64,000 nucleotides of DNA from Macrostomum lignano (Eukaryota), in the NCBI GenBank assembly GCA_002269645.1, contig NIVC01000033.1:988689-1052688 (forward strand). The letters run 5' to 3'. Below, one piece after another: positions 11,833 to 23,319 of this stretch. Position 1 is the stretch's first letter; every line of letters begins with the position of its first letter. Both the position numbers and the translations under genes were made by a program. The notes below the pieces were generated by a model that did not search any database, was not told the origin of the DNA, and saw only the letters and a list, made by a program, of their open reading frames with translations.

Positions 11833-11916
11833 CGATTGCTTGAAACTTCGCAGCTGAGTCTTCAGCCGCTGGTTCTCAAGGTCACTCTCGGACACCTTCT
11901 TCTTGTAGGCCAGTAC
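11833..11916 (-). CDS. CROCC: Rootletin candidate alternative exon A (VLAYKKKVSESDLENQRLKTQLRSFKQS)
   Basis: Acceptor AAAATTAG at 11917 and donor G|GTGATT at 11832; 84 nt, phase 0/0. Paralogous start to exon B. Confidence 0.55.
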
Positions 11917-12339
11917 CTAATTTTTATAGGTCATTGTTGAAAAAGCAAATACGCATTCTAATTCTGCACAATACGATGACTGAGAACGTGTCCTAAATTT
12001 AGTGCCAAATCTTAAACAGATCTTCATCCGGTTTGTGACAGTGGAGCTTAGGTGAAAAATGAGTAAATGATGGCAAAAAAGTCATTCAATTGGTTTTAAC
12101 TAGTGAACTGCATGTAGTTACAAGTAACCAATTCAAAACATATTTAATGCATTTTGGGCTAAAAAATAATGACAGGAAACCGCAAAGGATCCTGCAGATG
12201 ATTAGTAAATTAGCAATAATAGGAAGGAGATGCACGGAGGTGGCGCTAAATCACGAGCGTGCCAGCAAGCACTGAAATTTAACTGCTGCGGAGGCAATAG
12301 CGGGGGATTGATGGGATTGAAGGGATAAAAGGGAACAAA

Positions 12340-12690
12340 GGGGATGAAGGGAACAAGAGGGGATGTAGAGGATATAGGGGATGAGGGATAGAGGGGATAG
12401 AGGGGACTGAGGATGGAGAAAATAGAGGGATGGAGGGCATGGAGGGGATGGAGGGGACAGAGGTGATAGAGGGCATGGAGGGGATGGAGGGGACAGAGGG
12501 CATGGAGGGGATGGAGGGGACAGAGGGCATGGAGGGGATGGAGGGGACAGAGGGGTGGAAAGGACAGAAGGGATGGAGGGTATAGAAAAGGGGATAGAGG
12601 AGGGGATAGGGGGTATATAGGATGGGATGGAGGGATGGAGGGGACAGAGGGGATGAAGAGGATAGAGGAGGGGATGAATGGATAAAAGGA
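12340..12690. repeat. GA-rich repeat (GAGGGGATGGAGGGGACAGAGGGCATG)
   Basis: Purine-rich tandem units. Confidence 0.8.
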
Positions 12691-12852
12691 ATAGAGGTAA
12701 CAAATCAGATGCGGGGAGCACAGGTGATATAAGGGAATACATGGGTAACTGAGACAGCAGTTTCTAGGCAAAGCATTGGCCCAGTGGCGGCACAGGTAAG
12801 CCATAGGCATAGGCATAGAAATACGCCAATCAGACAGACAGGCGGCACTCAC

Positions 12853-13020
12853 CTTGGCCTGCAGTTTCTGCACCAGCTGGGCCTGTCGCTGCTGGCCCTC
12901 CTGGTACGTGGCCAGCTTGCGCTTGTAACTCTGCTGCTCATCGTCCAGGCGCTTGCGGAGGTCCATGTTCATCTGCATGAGGCCCCTGGAGCCGGTATCG
13001 TCACCGGGGTCCTCGTGCTG
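12853..13020 (-). CDS. CROCC: Rootletin exon (QHEDPG...QQRQAQLVQKLQAK)
   Basis: Acceptor CCCTGTTTTCCAG, donor GTGAG, 168 nt, phase 0/0. LRKRLDDEQQSYKRKLATYQEGQQRQAQLVQKLQAK is the rootletin signature (human recalled as ASYRRKLQAYQEGQQRQAQLVQRLQ). Confidence 0.93.
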
Positions 13021-13822
13021 CTGGAAAACAGGGGTGGCGAGGTGGCTGGAGTTAGCGGACTCCCGGCAGTAGTCCTCGGGGTCGGAGTTGTCGTAGCCGC
13101 TGTCCGGGCAGGAAGCGGTGCCGATCGATGCGCCAAGAGCGGCGCTGGCGGCTGTGAGGTTCCGGACTCGAATCCGGGGCGCAGCCTGGCTGCTGCAGTT
13201 CTGGCAGCCAAGCAGAGCAGCCTGGCAGCTTTTGTCCTCGAAGGACGGCTGCTTCTGCTGCTGCTTCTGCTTGCTGGTCAAGCACACCTGGGAAACTGCC
13301 TTCTTCATCAACATCGACGTTTCTAATGTCGATGAATGAGCCGACCTGACAGCTGCTTCCATAGCAACAGAGCTAGCAGTTGACGCTAGCAGGCAGTTGT
13401 GAGAAGCGACTCGATTTGAGGAATTGGAGGGGCGCTGCTTGCTGGCCGGGGGCGGCATTTTGTCTGCCGCCTTCTTCACCGGCAGATTTCTGGGCCGAGC
13501 AAACATTCTCAAAGTTTCCCCTGGCTGGCAGGCGGTTCTGCTTTCTCACAAATTCTTCACTCAGCTCGGGCGGTCAAGCTCCATTCGGTTTTGAGAAGTT
13601 TTTTAAACCCCAATTTAAGAGACAGGAAGCGGCAGGGAACGCGCAGGACTTCCAGTTCGGTGAGAAATCGAAATGGAAAGCCTCTCTGCTAATTAGTTAA
13701 TGCAGTGAGCGAGTCGGTGAGGGGACCCGCGGCACAGGAAGCTGGTGAAGTATATATATGCGGATGTCTGACTGCGGCTATGAAATTCTAACTCTAAGAA
13801 ACAGGGCGCGCACAGCACTTAC

Positions 13823-13858
13823 GCGGTAGTCCACGTAGTCAAAACCGTCGTCTGTCAT
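13823..13858 (-). CDS. CROCC: Candidate alternative first exon of rootletin (MTDDGFDYVDYR)
   Basis: ATG at 13858, 12 codons, then a consensus donor GTAAGTG in phase 0, compatible with the 13020 acceptor. X-box-like repeats lie immediately upstream. Confidence 0.5.
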
Positions 13859-13892
13859 TGCTTAGCAACCGCTTAGCAACGCGTTGCTTAGG
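13857..13892. promoter_or_regulatory. Cluster of X-box-like sites (ATTGCTTAGCAAC, GCTTAGCAAC, GTTGCTTAG)
   Basis: Three TAGCAAC/GTTGC half-sites within 36 bp, next to a candidate first exon. Confidence 0.45.
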
Positions 13893-14622
13893 GATTAAAA
13901 TGGATCAGATTAACTAAAATCGGTCGGTGCTACTGAGTCTGGGCAGTGGGAGCGGACCGACCACCTGAGAGGCGAACTGGAGGCTGACAGAAGAAACAGA
14001 AGTTTGCAGATGATGAAGCAGAAGAAAGACAGAGAGACTGTGGGCGTCTAATATAATAGGGAGGCTGGGGTGGCGGGGGGGGGGCAGCCTCGGGCTCTGT
14101 GCTGCAGAGTAGTCGGGCAGTTTGGCAGACAACGGAGCCAAATGGAGGTTAGAGAGCGCGATGGAGATGCGGGGGAGAGAGAGGCAGAGAGCAAATAGGA
14201 CCGGGGCACTCGAGCACACGCAGACAGGAGAGGCTTGGCAGGGCCGCAGCCGAGGACGAAGGCAGATACGGTAGGCAGACGGGCGAGAGAGAGAGAGCGC
14301 TTAAAGAGTTCTTCAGTTTTCTTGGCAGCCAAATGACCAGACAAAACTGCAGGGCGAGCCAGCCCCAGTAGCACCGACTCAAAGAGCAAAGACCCCTTGC
14401 ACACACACGCGCTAAGCAGCCGGTAATAAACGCATCCATCAGGCCATTAGCCCCTCTCACCCTCTCTCATCGACCTCTTGTCCGCCGTTTCAACCCCCCC
14501 CCCCTATCCAACCTCGCAAGCAGCAAACTCAGTCGGGTTTTTAACACTTCGCCGCCGTTCGGTGCTTCGAACCCCACCCCCCCTCCTGCACCCCCACTCT
14601 ATAGCATAGCCTAGCCTACACC

Positions 14623-14636
14623 GTCGCCATGACAAC
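14623..14636. promoter_or_regulatory. RFX X-box-like GTCGCCATGACAAC
   Basis: Near-palindromic X-box with one deviation from consensus. Confidence 0.5.
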
Positions 14637-15225
14637 AATGCGCTTACGGAGCTGTGAAACAGGTATAGACACACACAGAGCAAGCATCGACACTGCTCCA
14701 AGACAGTCCGAAGCAGCAGCAAGGTGGAGAGGAAGACCATAAAAGCCGTAAATTAGGTCTCGCATTGCGCTGGCTTGTTCTGTATGAATTTGCTCGCTAC
14801 AAGCTGTAAGCTGCATATCGCACTCTGTTATCAACCTGCTACCGCACTGTTCCAAGCCTCACCTTGGCGGCAATTGCAGCGCCAATTTCACCTCATTAGG
14901 TGCCGCAAGCCAAATGAACCGCATAAAAAAGCGGATGAAAAGTTTGGCGAATTTTTATACCTCCTTGCAATTTTTTCAGTGCTTAGCAAACTGATGAAGC
15001 ACCAAATGAGCTTCATAGAGTAGGAAAAGACTGGCCCAGCTTCCAGCCGCCTAAATTGAAGCACGCGATAGCGGCATAGATGCAGTAGGCAGCTCTGAGT
15101 TGACACGGGGCAAACAGTTATTCAATATGCGAGATCGAGCGGCGGCTGCTGCCGTACCCTCACCTGCTTCCCCGCGGCTGGCTGCTCTGGATGGCGAGGA
15201 GTGGAGGGGAGGCCGAGAAAACACG

Positions 15226-15239
15226 GTAACCATGGCAAC
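15226..15239. promoter_or_regulatory. RFX X-box GTAACCATGGCAAC
   Basis: Matches the X-box consensus. Confidence 0.55.
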
Positions 15240-16254
15240 AGCATGTTGACAGAGCAGCGGCCCAACTGGCATCATCGGTGGCGCCTCCACTGGCGAGCAA
15301 CAAGTCGATATTAGAAGAAAAAGATGATAAAAGTTTTTATTGGAATTGTTGACTCGAGAGAGGCTGCGGCTCTCTGCCCCCGAAACCTTAATTGGCGAGA
15401 ACAGTGAAATTCGATAGGCAAAGCTGTGCTCGAAGCTTCTATGGAATTTCTGCTTTGCTATTATCTGGCATGTCTGGCACGGTGGGAACCGCATACAAAA
15501 CTCTGAAGAGCTTTGAGTCTTTTGGTGTCTGCTCAAATAATTCATCGTCATTTTCTTAAAGAATTATTTTCCGCATCGATGACTTACGGAGAGGCGAGTT
15601 CAATTAAGGACATCCAACAACCCGCTTGTTGAGGAAACTTAAGTGAATTTTTCTATCAAGAAAGCTCTGCCATCCGGTGAATAATGAAAAGTTTTAAAAT
15701 GACCAGAAAATGACCTGGCGTGTGAAAATTAACAAAATATCTTCCAACATGTAAATTTTAACAAAACAAATTAAATCAAACGAGACCTTGGTGAAATCGA
15801 AATAGAAAACAATATTAAAATTGATTTCCGTGTGATAAACTAAAAAAATGCTTCGGCACTACTTACCCAGAGTAGTGTTCAATAATAGGCTAATATAAAT
15901 TCTTCAGAGCTGCTCAAAAGCACCTAAACAAAGGTGATTCGATAGACAATAAGAATTTTATATACAGAATTGCTGCAAAATATGAATGTAACAGAAATGA
16001 ACACCTGCCAGTTGATCGCAGCCTCCTGCAGCTGCATCTCTTGTTGGCGCTAAATATTGCCAAGCAAGGCACCGCTAATTCAATGCAAATATTATGCCTG
16101 CATAGTACTTGACCCGACTTGGAAACTGCTCGCTGAGGCGCATTGCTTCACTTTCCTTGCTTGCAAGAGAAAATTTCCTGATTGACTTCATTGCACAAAG
16201 CCTTTCTTGACACACTACAGTGATTTCTTAACGCAGTTAGAGCGCAAAAAAGCG

Positions 16255-16268
16255 GTTACCATGGCAAC
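16255..16268. promoter_or_regulatory. RFX X-box GTTACCATGGCAAC
   Basis: Exact match to the X-box consensus GTNRCC-N(0-3)-RGYAAC, in an intron of a ciliary gene. Confidence 0.6.
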
Positions 16269-16469
16269 CAAGTGGAGGTTTTCTATACCAAGGAAGCATT
16301 TCAAAGTCTGGGCAGAAAGTAGGGAAAATCTCGGAAATTTCGAAAGCTGGATTTGGTAATAAAATTCACCCTTGAAGCTGATATTTGGTGAGATATAAAT
16401 TTAGGAGGGTGAAATTGGGAATGCTGATTTAGGGACCTTCGAGAGAGGTGCGATGAGAATTTCATGAGG

Positions 16470-17630
16470 ATTAGGGGTGATAAAATTAGGGATAATGAGG
16501 ATTAGGGACGATGAGGATTAGGGACGATGAGGATTAGGGACGATGAGGATTAGGGATGATGAGGATTAGGGATGATGGGGATTAGGGATGATGAGGATTA
16601 GGGATGATGAGGATTAGGGATGATGAGGATTAAGGAGGATGAGGATTAGGGAGAATGAGGATTAGGGACGATGAGGATTAGGGAGGATGGGGATTAGGGA
16701 CGATGAGGATTGGGGATGATGGGGATTAGGGATGATGAGGATTAGGGAGGATGAGGATTAGGGACGATGAGGAATAGGGATGATGGGGATTAGGGATGAT
16801 GAGGATTAGGGATGATGAGGATTAAGGAGGATGAGGATTAGGGAGGATGAGGATTAGGGACGATGAGGATTGGGGACGATGAGGATTAGGGACGATGAGG
16901 ATTAGGGAGGATGGGGATTAGGGACGATGAGGATTGGGGATGATGGGGATTAGGGATGATGAGGATTAGGGAGGATGAGGATTAGGGACGATGAGGAATA
17001 GGGATGATGGGGATTAGGGATGATGAGGATTAGGGATGATGAGGATTAAGGAGGATGAGGATTAGGGAGGATGAGGATTAGGGACGATGAGGATTAGGGA
17101 CGATGAGGATTAGGGACGATGAGGATTAGGGAGGATGGGGATTAGGGACGATGAGGATTAGGGATGATGGGGATTAGGGATGATGAGGATTAGGGAGGAT
17201 GAGGATTAGGGACGATGAGGATTAGGGGTGATAAAATTTGGGATAATGAGGATTAGGGATGATGAGGATTAGGGAAGATGAGGATTCGGGATGATGAGGA
17301 TTAGGGACGATGAGGATTAGGGACGATGATGATTAGGGATGATGAGGATTAGGGATGATGAGGATTAGGGAAGATGAGGATTCGGGATGATGAGGATTAG
17401 GGACGATGAGGATTAGGGACGATGAGGATTAGGGACGATGAGGATTAGGGATGATGAGGATTAGGGAAGATGAGGATTAGGGACGATGAGGATTCGGGAT
17501 GATGAGGATTAGGAGGATGAGGATTAGGGACGATGATGATTAGGGATGATGAGGATAAGGGATGATGAGGATAAGGGATGATGAGGATTAGTGGCAATGT
17601 GTATTAGTGGCGATGAGGATTAGGGACGAT
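16470..17630. repeat. 16-bp minisatellite GATGAGGATTAGGGAY containing TTAGGG
   Basis: About 70 copies. Confidence 0.92.
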
Positions 17631-19074
17631 GATGATTAAGGGCGAAGTCTTACAGTCGAAAAGCCAAATGAAAGGTGGACATGTTCTTCTCCCAAAATAT
17701 AATTGGGATAAACTGAAATTGATCGAGCCGCCCAGTAACTCACACTGTCCGAGTCGATCAAAACATCCCCATTGTTATCCTCCAGATCCGGCGGGATCTC
17801 GGTCGGGCTGTCCATTCCAGACGATGGCTTCAGTGGGAGTCCCTTCCGCTTATGACTATTGAGCTGGGTTGCAAAATGAAATTCCTTAGCGATACTCAGC
17901 CCAGGTAACGGGGAGTCGGGCGTTAAATACCCCAGCTGTCACGCGGCTGAAATATCCGCCCCAGGGCTAATCCGCGTATCCGCGCGGAGTTGGGAGGCCG
18001 GCTTAGCAACTCCCCATCCCCTTGCACCGGCTTCTCTCCCAGTCCTGCACCCTGCTGGGCCAATTCTCCCCTACTTCTAAAAGAGCTAGCGGATGACTGG
18101 GCGATTTCAAATCCGCCACCACAGGGAGGCCAGCTTCCCTCTCTCCACAGCTCTTACAAGCCTCTTCAAGCCTCCGTACTGTCCTGCCCAGTTCTGTGCA
18201 ACTTTCTTGCTCCCCTGTCCCCATTGGCTGTTGCTCCCTGGCAACCAGAACAGAGGGAGGTGGGCGGGGGATCGCGGAAGAGGAAAACGGGGAGCAAGGC
18301 TGAGACAAGCAGATGAGGAGAGGATTTTCACTTCGAAGCGGGAGTTCCCAACAAGGGAAATCGTGAATCCTAAGCGCCCCCACCCCACCCTAGTGGGGGG
18401 GGGGCAGCGGGGGTGGGGGCGTTTCCCAGCCTCCGTCTCATCCGCCAAAATGGGGAAAAAACTTCCAACAGGAACATTCACTGGCCCGACTAGCTAGGAA
18501 GGGAGTCAAAGGAAGAGACGCGTTTAGTCAGGCAGCACAAGTCTGAGTAGTCAGCTGTGAATAATGCGAGAGGCAAGGCCTCCCTCTTTGCTAAAGCATC
18601 GCCTGAGAGGATTTTGAAAGACAAGAAATAAAGAATTTGACAAAGGCGGCGGCGGCGGCGGCCGTGGCGCCAATTCTCAAGCAAAAAACCTGAGCATAGC
18701 CTGAGCAGACTTAAGCTGACATATTAGGGCACAACACTGGAGGAGGCATACGAAGAGAAAAGTAAAGAGAACAGACAGTTCCCCAGCTGCACTGCACCAA
18801 CAATGCCTCACAAAAATGACTTGCGCCGCCCATGAACCGCTCAAAGCAAACAGAAAGCAGCTGAGAATTTCACTTTTGCAAGGTTGAAACACCTGAAAGA
18901 CACAGAATTTCTCGTTTTCAGGCACAGTGCACTGTAATTGGACTGGCAACTAAAAATCATCTAAGCTTAAGCTAACTCAACTAACTGCAACCTGCATTGG
19001 TCACTCTTCTCCCAACTCCACCACCTTAACCCTGAGTCGTCGGCCAACATAAAAGCAGAGAATTTATGAGAACC

Positions 19075-20001
19075 TGACCCAGTGTGAACAGCTGGCACTC
19101 CAGATTCTGGATCCAGATCACCTGACCCAGTGTGAACAGCTGGCACTCCAGATTCTGGATCCAGATCACCTTGACCCAGTGTAAACAGCTGGCACTCCAG
19201 ATTCTGGATCCAGATCACGACCCAGTGTGAACAGCTGGCACTCCAGATTCTGGATCCAGATCACCTTGACCCAGTGTGAACAGCTGGCACTCCAGATTCT
19301 GGATCCAGATCACCTTGACCCAGTGTGAACAGCTGGCACTCCAGATTCTGGATCCAGATCACCTGACCCACTGTGAACAGCTGGCACTCCAGATTCTGGA
19401 TCCAGATCACCTGACCCAGTGTGAACAGCTGGCACTCCAGATTCTGGATCCAGATCACCTTGACCCAGTGTAAACAGCTGGCACTCCAGATTCTGGATCC
19501 AGATCACGACCCAGTGTGAACAGCTGGCACTCCAGATTCTGGATCCAGATCACCTGACCCAGTGTGAACAGCTGGCACTCCAGATTCTGGATCCAGATCA
19601 CCTTGACCCAGTGTGAACAGCTGGCACTCCAGATTCTGGATCCAGATCACCTTGACCCAGTGTGAACAGCTGGCACTCCAGATTCTGGATCCAGATAACC
19701 TTGACCCAGTGTGAACAGCTGGCACTCCAGATTCTGGATCCAGATCACCTTGACCCAGTGTGAACAGCTGGCACTCCAGATTCTGGATCCAGATCACCTT
19801 GACCCAGTGTGAACAGCTGGCACTCCAGATTCTGGATCCAGATCACCTTGACCCAGTGTGAACAGCTGGCACTCCAGATTCTGGATCCAGATCACCTTGA
19901 CCCAGTGTGAACAGCTGGCACTCCAGATTCTGGATCCAGATCACCTTGACCCAGTGTGAACAGCTGGCACTCCAGATTCTGGATCCAGATCACCTTGACC
20001 C
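19075..20001. repeat. 48-49-bp minisatellite with palindrome TCTGGATCCAGA
   Basis: About 19 near-identical copies. Confidence 0.92.
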
Positions 20002-20509
20002 AAGGCTAGTGCTCAGAGTTGCACAGGCAGCGCAGCAGAATTTTGCTTGCGTCACAATCTAGCAAGCAGGCGGCTGGTCTGCAGCACCGCTAAATTATTA
20101 ACCAGGCGAAAAACTGCAACAGTGCGTCAGCAGTCCCAGCCTGCACAGCCTTCGCCCGTTGTCCCACTGCCAAAGGCACGCAAACTTCAGTCAGTCGCTC
20201 CGCCCCAGTGCCACTGACTTGTTGAAGCGCCAACCAAAACTGCATGCGGGGCGTTGTTTATGATGATGTAAAATATTTTTTGTGGCAGGAAAATGGCAGC
20301 CTGCAAGCTGGGAGCCCAGAAATTCTCAGACCAATTTCCGTGTTGAAGTTAGCAACTGTTTTTGGAACAAGTCCACGCGAACAGGCGCCTTTGCTCATCA
20401 GATCTCTATGGAGACGGGGCGGAAACAGGGGAGAGTTGCTTGGGAGAGGAGACGTGAACAGGTGAAACTAACTTCGGATTGGCATCTAGAGACAGGTTGG
20501 CATTAGAAG

Positions 20510-21430
20510 TAGATGGGGGGAATCAGGGATAGAAGTAGATTAGGGGGAGAAATGAGGGGTAGAAGTAGATTAGGGGGAGAAATGGGAGATAGAAGTAGAT
20601 TATGGGGAGAAATGAGGGATAGAGGTAGATGGGAGAAATGAGGGATAGAAGTAGATGGGAGAAACGAGGGATAGAAGTAGATAGGAGAAACGAGGGATAG
20701 AAGTAGATGAGAGAAACGAGGGATAGAAGTAGATGGGAGAAATGAGGGATAGAAGTAGATGGGAGAAACGAGGGATAGAAGTAGATGGGAGAAACGAGGG
20801 ATAGAAGTAGATGGGAGAAATGAGGGATAGAAGTGCGCTCGTAGATGGGAGAGATGAGGGATAGAAGTAGATGGGAGAAATGAGGGATAAAAGTAGATGG
20901 GAGAAATGAGGGATAGAAGTAGATGGGAGAAACGAGGGATAAAAGTAGATGGGAGAAATGAGGGATAGAAGTAGATAGGAGAAACGAGGGATAGAAGTAG
21001 ATGGGAGAAACGAGGGATAGAAGTAGATGGGAGAAATGAGGGATAGAAGTGCGCTCGTAGATGGGAGAGATGAGGGATAGAAGTAGATGGGAGAAATGAG
21101 GGATAAAAGTAGATGGGAGAAATGAGGGATAGAAGTAGATGGGAGAATCAGGGATAGAAGTAGATGAGAGAAATGAGGGATAGAAGTAGATGGGAGAAAT
21201 GAGGGATAGAAGTAGATAGGAGAAATGAGGGATAGAAGTAAATAGGAGAGATGAGGGATAGAAGTAGATGGGAGAAATGAGGGATAGAAGTAGATGGGAG
21301 AAATGAGGGATAGAAGTAGATGGGAGAAATGAGGGATAGAATTAGATGGGAGAAATGAGGGATAGAAGTAGATGGGAGAAATGAGGGATAGAAGTAGATG
21401 GGAGAAATGAGGGATAGAAGTAGATGGATA
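20510..21430. repeat. 26-bp purine-rich minisatellite GAGGGATAGAAGTAGATGGGAGAAAT
   Basis: About 35 copies. Confidence 0.9.
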
Positions 21431-22734
21431 GAAACATACTACTTGAAGTAGCTGCAAAGGCGCCAAGAGATGTGCAACAAGGTAATAACAGGCAATAAAA
21501 TAATTTATGCGGACAAGCAGGTAGTCAGAAAAATCAATCAGAGATAACAGCCGCCCTCTCACAGCACTGCAGCCAATTAGCAATTTGAAATTTCTGCAGC
21601 TCTATAAAAGCTCAAGCGACAATAAAATCCGGTAAGCCCAAATTATGAGCAGTTTTATGTCGGCTGCAGAGTGCGCTGGGCGTTGCAGAAGCAGCTGGGA
21701 GACGGTTCCCGGGAAACTCCCCACTCATTCCTAAAACCCCACGGAGTAAAAGAGGGCGTGGACTGCAGGAGCAGGGGACCGGGCGAGCGCTCAGCCTCAG
21801 CCATTATTGCCAAACTCCATCAGGCCTAAGTGCATTTTAGGCTTTTGTGAATTTTCCAAAGCATTATTCTCTTTTTTCTCACTTCTCCAGCAGCCAAGAC
21901 CTGCCGGACCAGGTGCTCCGCTTCTCAAACTGCCTTGCACTGCCTGCATTTAGACAGCAAAAAAAGCAAACAGCGTGGAGGCGAAGAAGGGCGGATGGAT
22001 GGGGGAGAGGAGGCTGAGCAGCGGTAAAGAATCCTGTATCCACGAGCGCTTTAAACACGATCGCTGCCTGCCTATCCGGCATGCACTTTTTATGCGAATA
22101 ATAAATTGACAATCTGCAGATTTCATAATCAGGAGCTGCACTGTGCACATTGGACAATGAGAAAGTCGTACAGTTGTCTGCAATTGAGACACAGCGGCTG
22201 ATTGAAAACTGACTACAGACTCCACTAAGTAGACCCAGGAACCAGCTTCTAACCTGTACAAACTCAAAGCCTAATAAATTATAAAATTTAGAAATTGGAC
22301 AATGAAAAGCTATTGCAAAATGCAATACATTTGTGAGTTAGAATCCCAGAATGAGACAAGCAGCAGAAGGTAGGTAGGCATGAGAACTGCTTCCGCAAAG
22401 CAATGCTACGTAGATGAGCCCGGGGCTGTGTAAACTTTTAGAATTGCCAAGTACAAGATCAGGGTAGTGGAGCCAGACAGACAGACGGGAAAAAAGTTAG
22501 TTCGGAAACTTGCACTCCAGAGAATACTTCTGGGACAAATTCTTATTCAATTAGATGACCTTGACTTGATCCACGACCATGTGACTAAAAGACATTGACT
22601 TCGCGGTCTTGCACTTTTAAGCATCGATAACTTGAGGGACCACAGAATATACATGTACAATCCGCAAGTGCGGAATCACGCGCATTCTGAAGGACGCCAT
22701 TGCGATCACTTAAACTAAAAAGCAACCCTGGAAT

Positions 22735-22950
22735 TACGTGACCTACAGAAGCAACCTTGGGATCACGTGACCTACAGAAGCAACCTTGGGATCACGTGAC
22801 CTACAGAAGTAACCTTGCGATCACGTGACCTACAGAAGTAACCTTGGAATCACGTGACCTACAGAAGTAACCTTGGGATCACGTGACCTACAGAAGCGGC
22901 CTTGGAATCATGTCAACTATAGAAGCGACGTTGGGATCACGTGACATACG
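22735..22950. repeat. 29-bp minisatellite AGAAGCAACCTTGGGATCACGTGACCTAC
   Basis: About 7 copies. Confidence 0.88.
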
Positions 22951-23007
22951 TAATTTTGAATAAGTAATTTTGCAGGTTTCAAACATTTAAAAAAATTGAA
23001 AGCTCAC

Positions 23008-23319
23008 CCGCTCAGATAGGGCATTGTAGCGAATCGACAGCTGATCTCTCTCGGCTCGCGTATCGGCGAGCGCCTCCTCCAAGCGATTCAGCTCTCGCTG
23101 GAGGCGGGCGACCTCGTCGCCGGAGCCGACTCCGCCGCCTGAGCCGACGCGCCCACCGACGCCGCTCCAATCGGCGACGCCGGAACCGGTTCCAACCGGA
23201 TCGTCCAGGTTTCTAGTTATCGAGTCTCGAATTCGAGCTGAAACTCGCTCCCGTCCGCCGGTGCCTGTGCGCAGGTAGCCGCCTGATTGACCTTCTTTGA
23301 GCACCGACTGTTCCAGTCT
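23008..23319 (-). CDS. CROCC: Rootletin N-terminal coding exon (RLEQSVL...NALSER)
   Basis: Acceptor CCCCTAACAG at 23320 and donor GTGAG at 23007; 312 nt, phase 0/0. RLEQSVL, RIRDSITRNLDDP and LQRELNRLEEALADTRAERDQLSIRYNALSER match the recalled rootletin N-terminus (TLESSVL, LIREIVTRNL, SRAERDELAIKYNAVSER). No in-frame ATG, so an upstream coding exon must exist. Confidence 0.85.

Noticed and set aside
14991-15018. CTGATGAAGC...GCTTCAT hairpin as a hammerhead ribozyme
   Set aside because: The stem is not followed by GAAA, so the core is incomplete.
16470-17630. True telomere or chromosome-fusion site
   Set aside because: TTAGGG is embedded in a 16-bp unit rather than in pure hexamer runs, and there is no head-to-head inversion.
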